Position numbers and translations under genes: made by a program. The notes below the pieces were generated by a model that did no database searches, was not told the origin of the DNA, and worked only from the letters and a program-made list of their open reading frames with translations. This document shows positions 41,862-51,419 of a stretch of DNA of 64,000 nt, one piece after another (within the stretch, counting starts at the first letter, position 1; every line of letters starts with the position of its first letter). Origin of the DNA: an uncultured Chloroflexia bacterium (GTDB taxonomy: Bacteria; Chloroflexota; Limnocylindria; Limnocylindrales; CSP1-4); the NCBI GenBank assembly GCA_963760735.1, contig CAVXEB010000007.1:543930-607929 (forward strand). Reading direction: 5' to 3'.

Positions 41862-42416
41862 CTACGTCAGCTCGTCGGCGAGGAGATCCATCAGCAGCCC
41901 GTCATGCCAGGACCCGTCGCGCCAGCGCTCGTACCGCCGCATCGCCCCAACGGGCCGGAAGCCGACCGCGGTGTAGGCCCGGACCGCTCGCTCGTTGGCG
42001 AGCGACGGATCGATCGTCAGCCGATGGTGGCCGCGGACGTCGATCAGCCAGCGCGCGACGGTCCGCACGGCGTCGCGGCCGAGGCCGCGCCCCTGCCCGG
42101 CATCGACGAGGGCGATGTCGATCCCGGCGTGGCGGTACTGCGGGTCCGTCTCCTCCGAGGCAATCACCAGCCCGATCCCGACTCCATCGGACTCGACGAT
42201 CCAGATGGCGAGCTCCTCGTCGGCGAGCAGCTCCGCGACGTCGGCCGGCGGATCGGGCGCCTGCCACCACGCGTCGACCGTGGGATCCGAGATGATCGCC
42301 GTCATCAGGGCCGCGTCAGCCGGGGTCGCCGGGCGCAGGTGGACCCGGTCATGGTCCAGTGGCTCGATCGCGTCGCGGATGGATGGCAGCCCGGCCGGTG
42401 ACCGGCTGTCGCTCAC
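41862..42416 (-). CDS. GNAT acetyltransferase, AAC(6')-like
   Basis: YRHAGIDI, QGRGLG, GHHRLTIDP..ANERAVRAY..VGF..VG.MRRYER; GTGA overlap with cysM. Confidence 0.8.
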   Translation of the reverse strand: MSDSRSPAGLPSIRDAIEPLDHDRVHLRPATPADAALMTAIISDPTVDAWWQAPDPPADVAELLADEELAIWIVESDGVGIGLVIASEETDPQYRHAGIDIALVDAGQGRGLGRDAVRTVARWLIDVRGHHRLTIDPSLANERAVRAYTAVGFRPVGAMRRYERWRDGSWHDGLLMDLLADELT

Positions 42417-43480
42417 CACCAGTTGACGCCGCCCTCGAGATCGTCGTGCATCTCGTCGAGGTCGCGGGTGAACGTGCCGGCGCTCAGGTACTTCCAGCCG
42501 CCGTCGGGCAGGAGCGCGACGATCGTGCCGCCGTCCATCAACTTCGCCTCCCGCGCGGCGGCCACGAGGACGGCACCGCACGACGGTCCCCCGAAGATCC
42601 CCTCGCGGTCGACGAGGTCCCGGAGCGCCGCGATCGCGTCGGCGTTGCTGATCAGGTACTTCGTGGCGAGGAGCGTCGGATCCAGGATCTCGGGGATGAA
42701 CCCTTCCTCGAGCGAGCGGAGGCCCTGGACGCCCTCGCCGGGCAGCGGCTCGGCCGCCACGATGCGGACGCCGGGCTTCGCGCGGGCGAGATAGCGGGCG
42801 ACGCCCATGAGCGTCCCGCTCGTCCCGAGACCGGCGACGAACACGTCGATCTCGGGGCAGTCGGCGAGGATCTCCGGGCCGGTCGTCTCCTCGTGGGCGC
42901 GTGGGTTGGCGTCGTTGCCGTATTGGTACGGCATCACGAACCGCGCGTCCTTCGAGACGAGGTGCTTGGCGAGGGCGATCGCCCCGTTCGAGCCGAGCTG
43001 CCCGGGCGAATCGATCACCTCCGCCCCGAACAGGGCGGCCATCTGGCGCCGCTCGTTCGTGACGTTGGCGGGCATCACGAGGGCCACCCGGTAGCCCTTC
43101 CGCCGGCCGATCATCGCGAGGGCGATGCCGGTGTTCCCGGACGTCGGCTCCAGGATGATCGAGTCCGGCCGAAGAAGGCCGCGCGTCTCGAGATCCTCGA
43201 TGAGGTACTTCGCAACGCGATCCTTGACCGAGCCCGTCGGGTTGGCCATCTCGAGCTTCGCGAAGATCCGGACGCTCGGGTTCGGCGACATCCGCGGGAT
43301 CTCGACGAGCGGCGTGTGCCCGATCGCGTCGAGGATGTCGTCATACCGACCGCCGTGCGGGGCCCCGGCCTCGTGCGCGCGGGCGTGGTCGCCCGCCGAG
43401 GTGTCGACGCCGGCCGGATCGTCCGACCCGCCGCTCCCGGTCCCGGGGGCGACGAGCGGCTTCGGCAGCGCCATCGTCAC
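42413..43480 (-). CDS. cysM: PLP cysteine synthase, CysO-thiocarboxylate-dependent type
   Basis: NPTGSVKDR, EPTSGNTG, GLGTSGT, PDGGWKYLS; adjacent to the sulfur carrier. Confidence 0.88.
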   Translation of the reverse strand: MTMALPKPLVAPGTGSGGSDDPAGVDTSAGDHARAHEAGAPHGGRYDDILDAIGHTPLVEIPRMSPNPSVRIFAKLEMANPTGSVKDRVAKYLIEDLETRGLLRPDSIILEPTSGNTGIALAMIGRRKGYRVALVMPANVTNERRQMAALFGAEVIDSPGQLGSNGAIALAKHLVSKDARFVMPYQYGNDANPRAHEETTGPEILADCPEIDVFVAGLGTSGTLMGVARYLARAKPGVRIVAAEPLPGEGVQGLRSLEEGFIPEILDPTLLATKYLISNADAIAALRDLVDREGIFGGPSCGAVLVAAAREAKLMDGGTIVALLPDGGWKYLSAGTFTRDLDEMHDDLEGGVNWW

Positions 43481-43749
43481 CCCCCGGCCATCGCCGGCAG
43501 GATCCGGACCTCGTCGCGATCGCCGACCGCCGTCTTGAGGCCGTCCAGGTAACGGACGTCCTGGCCGTTGACGTAGACGTTCACGAAGCGGTTCAGCTCG
43601 CCGCCGTCGGCGAGGAGCTGGCCGCGGAGCGCCGGGTACTGGTCCGCGAGCGCGGCGACCAGCTCGCCGACGGTCGACCCGCCGAGCTGGAGCTGCTTGT
43701 TGCCGCCGGCCTGGGCCCGGAGGACCTGCGGGATCCAGACGGTGCTCAC
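43477..43749 (-). CDS. cysO: Ubiquitin-like sulfur carrier (MoaD/ThiS/CysO)
   Basis: FVNVYVNGQDVRYLDGL...ILPAMAGG with C-terminal GG. Confidence 0.88.
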   Translation of the reverse strand: MSTVWIPQVLRAQAGGNKQLQLGGSTVGELVAALADQYPALRGQLLADGGELNRFVNVYVNGQDVRYLDGLKTAVGDRDEVRILPAMAGG

Positions 43750-44963
43750 GCCTGGCCCCCGAGGACGAACGGCTCGTCGATCGCGGCCGTGCCGGCGCCG
43801 GCGAGGGCCCCGAACACCGGGATCGGCAGCGGCCGGCCCTCGGCCCGGGCGGCGACCGCCTCGGTCGAGCAGACCGGGCAGGCCGGATCGCGGCGGAGCT
43901 TCAGCTCGGTGAAGGTGGAGTCCAGGGCATCGAACAGGAGCAGACGCCCGGCGAGGGTCTCGCCGATCCCGAGGAGGACCTTCAGCGCCTCGTTGGCCTG
44001 GAGCATGCCCATGATCCCGGGCACGACGCCGAGGACGCCGGCCACGGAGCAGCCCGGTGCGAGCTCGGGCGGCGGCGGGGTCGGGTAGAGGCAGCGATAG
44101 CACGGTCCCTCGAACGGGATGAACGTCGTCAGCTGACCCTCGAACCGGAACACGCTGGCGTGGATCACCGTGATGCCCTTCGCGACCGCGGCGTCGTTCA
44201 GGAGGTACCGCGTCTCGAACGTGTCGGTCCCGTCGATGATCACGTCGTAGCCAGTGATGATCCGGTCGACGTTGTCGGCGACGAGCATCTCCTCGTACGT
44301 CACGACGTTCACGTCGGGGTTCAGGGCCGTGATCGTCTTGCGGGCCAATTCGACCTTCCGCTCCCCCACCCGCTCGTTCGTGTGGAGGATCTGGCGCTGG
44401 AGGTTCGACAGGTCGACGACGTCGAAGTCGACGATGCCGATCGTGCCGACGCCCGCGGCGGCCAGGTACAGGGCCGCCGGGGAGCCGAGACCGCCGGCGC
44501 CGATGAACAGCGCCTTGCTGTCGAGCAGCCGCGCCTGGCCCTCCGGTCCGACCTCGGGGATCAGAAGGTGGCGGCTGTAGCGCTGCTTCTGCTCCTGGCT
44601 GAGGGAGACCGGCTTGTCCCAGGGCAGGCCGGCGGACTTCCATGCCTGGAACCCGCCCGACATCGAGGCGACGTTCGTGTAGCCGAGCTGCTCGAGCGTC
44701 TGAGCGGCGAACAGCGATCGGACACCGCCGGCGCAGTACAGGACGACCGGCGCGTCGCGGTCGCCGACGGCGCCCTCGATCTGCTGCTCGACGTAGCTCT
44801 TGCTGATGTGGAGGGCATTGGGCAGGTGGCCCTGGTCCCACTCCGAGTCCTCGCGGACGTCGATCACGGTCGTGCCCTGGGGCAGGGCGTCGACCTCCCC
44901 GGGTGTGACCTCCCGGATCTGGGAGCGGGCCTCCCGGAGGAGGTCGGCGTAGGTTCGTGGCAT
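43746..44963 (-). CDS. moeB: Rhodanese-MoeB/ThiF adenylyltransferase fusion (MoeZ-like)
   Basis: DVRE..EW...YCAGGVRS rhodanese; RYSRH, GAGGLG, SNLQRQ, PCYRC, CPVC. Confidence 0.92.
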   Translation of the reverse strand: MPRTYADLLREARSQIREVTPGEVDALPQGTTVIDVREDSEWDQGHLPNALHISKSYVEQQIEGAVGDRDAPVVLYCAGGVRSLFAAQTLEQLGYTNVASMSGGFQAWKSAGLPWDKPVSLSQEQKQRYSRHLLIPEVGPEGQARLLDSKALFIGAGGLGSPAALYLAAAGVGTIGIVDFDVVDLSNLQRQILHTNERVGERKVELARKTITALNPDVNVVTYEEMLVADNVDRIITGYDVIIDGTDTFETRYLLNDAAVAKGITVIHASVFRFEGQLTTFIPFEGPCYRCLYPTPPPPELAPGCSVAGVLGVVPGIMGMLQANEALKVLLGIGETLAGRLLLFDALDSTFTELKLRRDPACPVCSTEAVAARAEGRPLPIPVFGALAGAGTAAIDEPFVLGGQA

Positions 44964-45105
44964 GGGCGGGGTGGCTCCGGTGACGACGGGCTGCCGGCTG
45001 GTCGCGCGGCAGGGCGGTTCGACGATGTGGCTGTGGCGTGGGCGCTCGGCCCGCCGGCTCAGGCCGGCCCGAGACACCTGCAGCGGCCCGGCAGGGGTTG
45101 TCGCG

Positions 45106-45504
45106 TCACGCCGTCGCGCCTTCCGGCGGCTTCGCGCCGCCGGTCTCGGCCAGCGCCTTCTGGAGGGTCTCGTGACTGAGCATCGCGCACTTCAGGCGCG
45201 CCGGGCTGATGTCGATCCCGAGCAGGTCGAGGAGGTCGTCCGCGCGGAACGCCTCGACCTCGGTCACGGGCTTGCCCTTGATCTCGTCGGTCAGCAGGGA
45301 TGCCGACGCCTGGCTGATCGCGCAGCCGCGGCCGGTGAAGCCGACCCGCTCGACGACGCCGTCGCGGACGCCGATCTGGAGCGTGATCCGGTCGCCGCAC
45401 AGGGGGTTGCTCCCCTCGAAGGTCGCGGTCGGATCCTCGATCACCCCGAAGTTGTGGGGCCGTCGATAGTGCTCGAGGATGTAGTCGCGGTAGAGGTCGT
45501 CCAT
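45106..45504 (-). CDS. sufU: SufU/NifU-type sulfur-transfer scaffold
   Basis: YILEHY, NPLCGD, GCAISQAS, RLKCA. Confidence 0.92.
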   Translation of the reverse strand: MDDLYRDYILEHYRRPHNFGVIEDPTATFEGSNPLCGDRITLQIGVRDGVVERVGFTGRGCAISQASASLLTDEIKGKPVTEVEAFRADDLLDLLGIDISPARLKCAMLSHETLQKALAETGGAKPPEGATA

Positions 45505-45534
45505 TCGGTGTCCGGTGCGTGCGATCGAGGGAAG

Positions 45535-45565
45535 ATCAATCCCGAGGAATTTGATCGGGATTGAT
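45535..45565. promoter_or_regulatory. Palindromic operator upstream of sufU (Rrf2-type candidate)
   Basis: ATCAATCCCGA-N9-TCGGGATTGAT overlapping a minus-strand TAGCAT -10. Confidence 0.8.
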
Positions 45566-45689
45566 GCTATGGCCGAGTCCGGGCGGCGTCAATCGTGCGT
45601 GCCGACAGGTCGCTGTCGTGGGGTCCACGCCCCCGCGGAAGAGGGACCGGCCCCTTGCACCAACCGTTGTCCGGGCGCGTAGACTCCGC

Positions 45690-45873
45690 CACGTCACGGT
45701 CTGACCATCTCCAGCCTTTCGAGCCCGCAGTTGGGGACGCGGCGCGGACGCTCGTCATCGAAAGGAGCGAGTTCATCAACGACTCGCGGTCACACCTGGG
45801 AGGAAGCCGCAACCGGTCTCCGGAGATCGGTCGCGGATCAGGGAACGCAGAGCCCATCTCGGAGGAACGACAC
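45690..45873 (+). promoter_or_regulatory. Long structured 5' leader of the ABC importer operon
   Basis: TTGCAC/TAGACT promoter upstream; several stems; GGAGG at 45861. Confidence 0.45.
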
Positions 45874-47081
45874 GTGCCAAGGTTGAGTTCACGGATCGCC
45901 GCGACATTCGGTGTCACGGCCATCCTCGTCGCCGCGTGCAGCACCGGCGCCACCCCCTCGCCCAGCTCCGCCGCGCCGAGCGCCGCCGCCCCGAGCGCCG
46001 CGGCGCCCAGCACCGCGGCCTCGGGCGGCGCCAGCCAGGCCGCCGCCGGCGACCCGAAGACGGCGAAGACCGCGGCCGAGGCGGGCGGCGTCGACGCCGT
46101 CTGCGCCGCCGGCAAGACCGAGGGTCAGGTCAACATCATCGCGACCCCGCCGGACTGGGCGAACTACGGCCAGATCATCACCGACTTCTCGGCCAAGTAC
46201 GGGATCAAGGTCCAGTCGGACAAGCCCGACGGGAACGGCCAGGATGAGATCAACGCGGCCACGCAGCTCGCCGGAACCGGGCGCCAGCCCGACATCTTCG
46301 ACATCGGGTCGTCGTCGTCGCCGCCCACACCGACATGTTCACCCCGTACCAGGTGGCCACCTGGGCGGACATCCCTGACGGGAACAAGGAGCCGACCGGA
46401 CTCTGGAACAACAACTACACCGGCTTCGTGTCGATCGGATACGACACCAAGCTCGGCGACATCGCGAAGGTCAGGGATCTCGCCGATGCAAAGTACAAGG
46501 GCAAGGTCGCCCTGAATGGCGACCCGCTCAAGGCGTCCGCCGGCTTCAACGGCGTCGTCATGGCCGCCCTCGCCAACGGCGGCTCGGCCGACAATATCGC
46601 CGCCGGTGTCGACTTCTTCAAGAAGCTCGCCGACAGCGGGCAACCTCATGCCGGTCGACCCGAACCCGGCCACGATCGCATCCGGCCAGACCCCGATCGT
46701 GATCGACTGGACCTACAACAACGGCGCCCAGACGGCGGTTCTCGCGCCGAAGGGCATCACCTGGAAGACCGTGATCCCGAGCGACGCGGCACCGGTCGCC
46801 TCGTTCTACAACGACGCGATCAACAAGGACGCGGCACATCCCGCGGCCGCCCGCTGCTGGATGGAATACATCTTCTCCGACGCCGGCCAGAACACCTGGC
46901 TGAAGGGCTTCGCCCTGCCGATCCGACTCGCCGCCGATGCAGAAGGCCGGAACCGTCGACGAGACGGCGCTTGCCGCGCTCAATCCCGCCGACGACCCCG
47001 CCGGTCCAGCTGACGCAGGCGCAGATCGATGCGGCAACGAAGTACCTCACCGACAACTGGAAGTTCATCGCCATCAAGTAG
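45874..47081 (+). CDS. ABC substrate-binding lipoprotein, PotD/Fe/thiamine-like class (frameshifted)
   Basis: LVAAC lipobox, PDWANYG, YKGKVALNGDP, HPAAARCW. Confidence 0.82.
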
Positions 47082-47113
47082 CAGACGCAGGACGATCGAC
47101 CGGAGTCGCCCGC

Positions 47114-48050
47114 GTGACCGATCGTCGGTCAGCGCGCCCACGCCGCCCACGGCACAGACAGCCGGCCTCACCTCCGGCAGGGCCGGCTCACGCCGCTTCC
47201 GGAAGGCGGGGAACTACCTCGCCCTCGTCCCCTTCCTCGGCTACGTCGGGATCTTCCTGATCCTTCCGACGCTTGTCGTGGCCGTCGGTGCGTTCACGAC
47301 GGCGAGCGGCCAGTTCACCCTCGACAACGTGTCGCGGCTGTTCGCCGACGAGGTGTTCGTCAACGCGTTCGTTCGCTCGATCCAGCTCGCCGTCGCGACC
47401 GCGATCGCCGGGGCGATCCTCGGCGCAGTGCTCGCCTGGGCGGTCGTCCGCGGCGATCCGAACGGCGTCTTACGCCAGCTGGTGATCGCCGCGTCGGGCG
47501 TCCTCGCCCAGTTCGGCGGCGTGATGCTCGCGTTCGCGTTCCTGGCGACGTTCGGGTTCAACGGCCTCGCGACGCTGTTCTTCCGAGACATCCTCCACGT
47601 CGACCTCCTCACCGACGCGTCGTGGCTGTACAGCCTCGCGGGCCTCGTCGTCGTCTACACCTACTTCCAGATCCCACTCATGCTGATCGTCTTCCTCCCG
47701 TCGCTCGATGGGCTCCGCCAGGAGTGGTACGACGCGTCCGCGAGCCTCGGCGGCTCGCTCGTGGTCGTTCTGGAGGAACGTCGGCGGACCGATCCTGGCC
47801 CCGGCGTTCCTGGGCTCGCTGCTGCTGCTGTTCACGAACGCGTTCTCCGCATACGCGACGGCTGCCGCCCTCATCAGCCAGGGAAGCCCGATCATCACCC
47901 TGCAGATCGCCGACGCCATGCAGAGCGAGGTCGTCCTCGGCCAGGAGAACGTCGGCAAGGCGCTGGCGCTCGGGATGATCGTCGTGGTCGTCGCTGGTGA
48001 TGCTGGTGTACGCCTTCATCCAGCGGCGCGCCTCGAGGTGGGTCCAATGA
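47114..48050 (+). CDS. ABC permease (frameshifted)
   Basis: FGGVMLAFAF, YFQIPLM, EWYDASASLG, AFSAYATA. Confidence 0.82.
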
Positions 48051-48941
48051 CCGCGTCGCCCGGCGGCCCGCTCTCGGCCGCCGCGCCGCATGGCGGCGCC
48101 CTCGTCCGCCCCCAAGGGACGCGGGTCGGCCGGCGCGGCTCCCGCCGTCAGCTCGGTGTCCGGATCGCGATCCTGGTCCTCGTCTTCGGCTACCTGGTCC
48201 TGCCGCTGTTCGCGATGCTCGAGTTCTCGACCCGCGGCAACTACGGCAGTCGGACGCTGAATTCGTACGCCGCGATCTTCAGCAACCAGGACCTGATCGA
48301 CGCAGTCACCACGTCGCTCGAGATCGCGGTGCTGACCGTCTTCGGCATGCTGCTCCTGCTCGTCCCGACGATGGTCTGGACGGTCGTCCGGGTCCCGCGG
48401 CATGCGCCGCGTCGTCGAGTTCCTGTGCCTCCTGCCGCTCGCGATCCCCGCGATCGTCATCGTCGTCGGCATCGCCCCGATCTACCGCTGGATGGGCCAG
48501 CATCTCGGCGCGGTCGGCGCATCACCGCTGACGCTCGCCCTCATCGACATCATCCTCGTGCTGCCGTTCGCCTACCGGGCGATCGATGCGAGCCTCCGGT
48601 CGATCGACACGGCGACGCTCTCTGACGCCGCGCGCAGCCTCGGCGCCGGCTGGCCGCGGACGATCCTCCAGGTGATCGTCCCGAACATCCGCGGCGGGAT
48701 CCTGTCGGCATCCGTCCTCGCGGTCGCGCTGGTCCTCGGCGAATACACGATCTCGTCGCTGCTGTCCTTCAACACGCTCCAGGTCGTCATCTACCTGCTC
48801 GGCAAGCGCGATCCGTTCATCTCGGTCGCGGTCGCCTTCGCCGCGCTGCTGTTCGCGTTCGTCCTGCTGTTCGTCATCACCCGCGTCGGAGCCGGCGGCG
48901 ACCGCCGTGCCCAGGTCGAGAGCGAGGAGCCCGCCACATGA
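48047..48941 (+). CDS. ABC permease (frameshifted)
   Basis: LPFAYRAID, DAARSLGA, LGEYTI. Confidence 0.82.
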
Positions 48942-50010
48942 CCGCCGCGAGCGCAATCCCGATCGAGACCGGGCATGGCGTCGCCGTCGAGTTCGACGAG
49001 CTGCATCGCTGGTACGGCTCCGTGCATGCGCTCGACGGGCTGACGATCAACATCGCGCCCGGGCGAGCTGATCGCCCTGCTCGGGCCGTCGGGCTGCGGC
49101 AAGACCACCGCGCTCCGCGCCCTCGGCGGGCTCGACGAAGTCGACCAGGGCCGGATCCTCGTCGGCGGGAAGGAGATCACCAACGTCCCCGCGAACAAGC
49201 GGAACATGGGTGTCGTCTTCCAGGCCTACAGCCTCTTCCCCAACATGACGGCCCGCGACAACGTCGCCTACGGCCTGCGACTCCGCGGGATCAGCGGCGC
49301 GACCCGCAAGAAGAAGGCCGAGGACATGCTCGAGCTGGTCGGCCTCGGCCAGCAGGCGAGCCGCTACCCGCACCAGATGTCGGGCGGCCAGCAGCAGCGG
49401 GTCGCGCTCGCGCGCGCGCTCGCGATCGAGCCGAGCGTGCTGCTCCTCGACGAGCCGCTGTCGGCGCTCGATGCGAAGGTCCGGCGCCAGCTGCGCGAGG
49501 AGATCCGGCGCATCCAGATCATGATCGGGATCACGACCCTGTTCGTGACCCACGACCAGGAGGAGGCCCTCGCGATGGGCGACCGGGTCGGGGTGATGTC
49601 CGCCGGGCGTCTCGAGCAGATCGCCGCGCCGGCCGAGCTCTACGACCGGCCGAAGACGCGCTTCGTCGCGGAGTTCGTCGGATTGACCAACCGGATCCCG
49701 GGGACGGCCGCCAGCGGCGGCGTCGAGCTGCTCGGGACCCGCGTGCCGCTGCTCGAGGGCTCGGCGACGTCCGGTCCGGGTCCAGGCCCTCGTCCGGCCG
49801 GAGGCGATCCGCATCGTCCCGGACGAGGCGGGCGACGCCCACGTCGTCGCCGTCAGCTTCCTCGGTTCGGTCTGCCGGGCCCAGGTGGCCCTCAAGGACG
49901 GCACGATCGTCTTCGGTCAGCTGTCCGCGGCCGAGGCGGAGGGCCTCGCCCAGGGCACCGCCGTCCGGGTGAGCGTCGTGCCGTCACCGGTGTTCGCGGT
50001 CGCCGACTAG
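48938..50010 (+). CDS. ABC ATPase, PotA-like (frameshifted)
   Basis: GPSGCGKT, MSGGQQQR, LLDEPLSALD, THDQEEA. Confidence 0.88.
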
Positions 50011-50028
50011 CCCGCGGGAAGCCTGCGG

Positions 50029-51395
50029 GTGACCCGGATCCGCGAGCCGGCCCGGTCGGTCGACGTCATTCACGAGACCGACGTCCTCGTCGTCGGGAGC
50101 GGTCCCGGCGGCCTGTCCGCGGCGCTCGCCGCGGCCCGCGCCGGCGCCACGACGACGCTCCTCGATCGCTACGGCTGCTTCGGCGGGAACATGACCCAGG
50201 TCGGCGTCGAGAGCATCGGCTGGTACCGCCACGAGCAGACCGTCGAGGCCGACGGCATCGGCCGCGAGCTGGAGGAGCGGGCGGCGGCGATGGGCGCGGC
50301 GAACCCCGAGAGCCAGTCGTTGAGCATGGGCATCGACGGCGAGCGGTTCAAGTTCGTCGCCGACGTCCTCGTCGGCCGAGGCGGGCATCACGCCGATGCT
50401 CCATCGCCTCGCCGTCGCAGCCGATCGTCGAGGACGGGGCGATCCGCGGCGTCATCACGGAGAGCAAGTCGGGCCGGGAGGCGATGCTCGCGAAGCGGGT
50501 CGTCGACGCGACGGGCGACGCCGACATGGCCGCCCGGGCCGGCGCGCCGGTCCGCAAGACGCCGCGCGAGGAGATGCTCGCCGCGTCGGTGATGTTCTCG
50601 ATGACCGGGGTGAACAAGGGCAGGTTCCTCGACGAGGTCAAGGCCGATCCGCAGACCTACCGTGACTGGGCCGGCAACGCCGAGTGGGACATCGAGACGA
50701 CCGGCAAGGAGGACGAGCTCTTCTCGCCGTTCCTCCGCAAGCCGTTCAAGAAGGCCGTCGAGGAGGGGTTGATCCCGCCCGGCCTGATCACGCTCGCCGG
50801 CACGTGGGGCACCGTGACCGACCAGGGCGACCTGACCTACCTCAACCTCGTCCACCTCGCGGAGGTCGACGGAACGAGCGCCGACGACCTGACCCGTGGC
50901 GAGATCGAGGGCCGCCAGCAGGCGATGCAGGCGATCAAGGCGCTCCGGGCGTTCATGCCGGGCTGCGAGGATGCGAAGCTCCGCAACTTCGGGATGACGA
51001 TCGGGATCCGCGACACGCGGAAGATCGAGGCCCTGTACGACCTGACCGGCGAGGACGTCCGCGAGCAGGGACGGTTCGAGGACTCGATCGGCATCTTTCC
51101 GGAGTTCATCGACGGCTACGGGATCCTGATCCTGCCGACCACCGGGCGCTACTACCAGGTGCCCTACCGGTCGCTCGTTCCGAAGGAGATCGGCAACCTC
51201 ATCGTCGCCGGTCGCTCGATCGGCGGCGACCAGGTCTCGCATGCGTCGACCCGGAACATGATGTGCTGCACGGTCAGCGGCCAGGGCGCCGGCGTCGCCG
51301 CGGCGCTCTCGATCCGGACCGATCGGCCGTTCGATCGCCTCGAGATCGGGCCGGTCCAGGCCGAGCTGCGCCGGCAGGGCGTCCGGCTCGACTGA
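50029..51395 (+). CDS. FAD-dependent oxidoreductase (frameshift near 50380-50420)
   Basis: VVGSGPGG, VDATGDAD, YQVPYRSLVP, AGRSI, GQGAGVAAA. Confidence 0.85.
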
Positions 51396-51419
51396 ACCCC
51401 GGAAATGGCCTCGAGGGCC

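Noticed and set aside
39871-44963. E1 + Ubl + JAB as a bacterial ubiquitination or antiphage system
   Set aside because: No E2 or CD-NTase; the rhodanese fusion and cysM indicate sulfur-carrier cysteine biosynthesis
45955-46030. Short tandem repeats (CCGAGCGCCGC.GC.)
   Set aside because: They encode an ordinary PSAAA lipoprotein linker
46300-50420. ABC operon as a decayed pseudogene cluster
   Set aside because: Same patchy 1-nt indel pattern with conserved motifs and no nonsense decay; likely sequencing artefact
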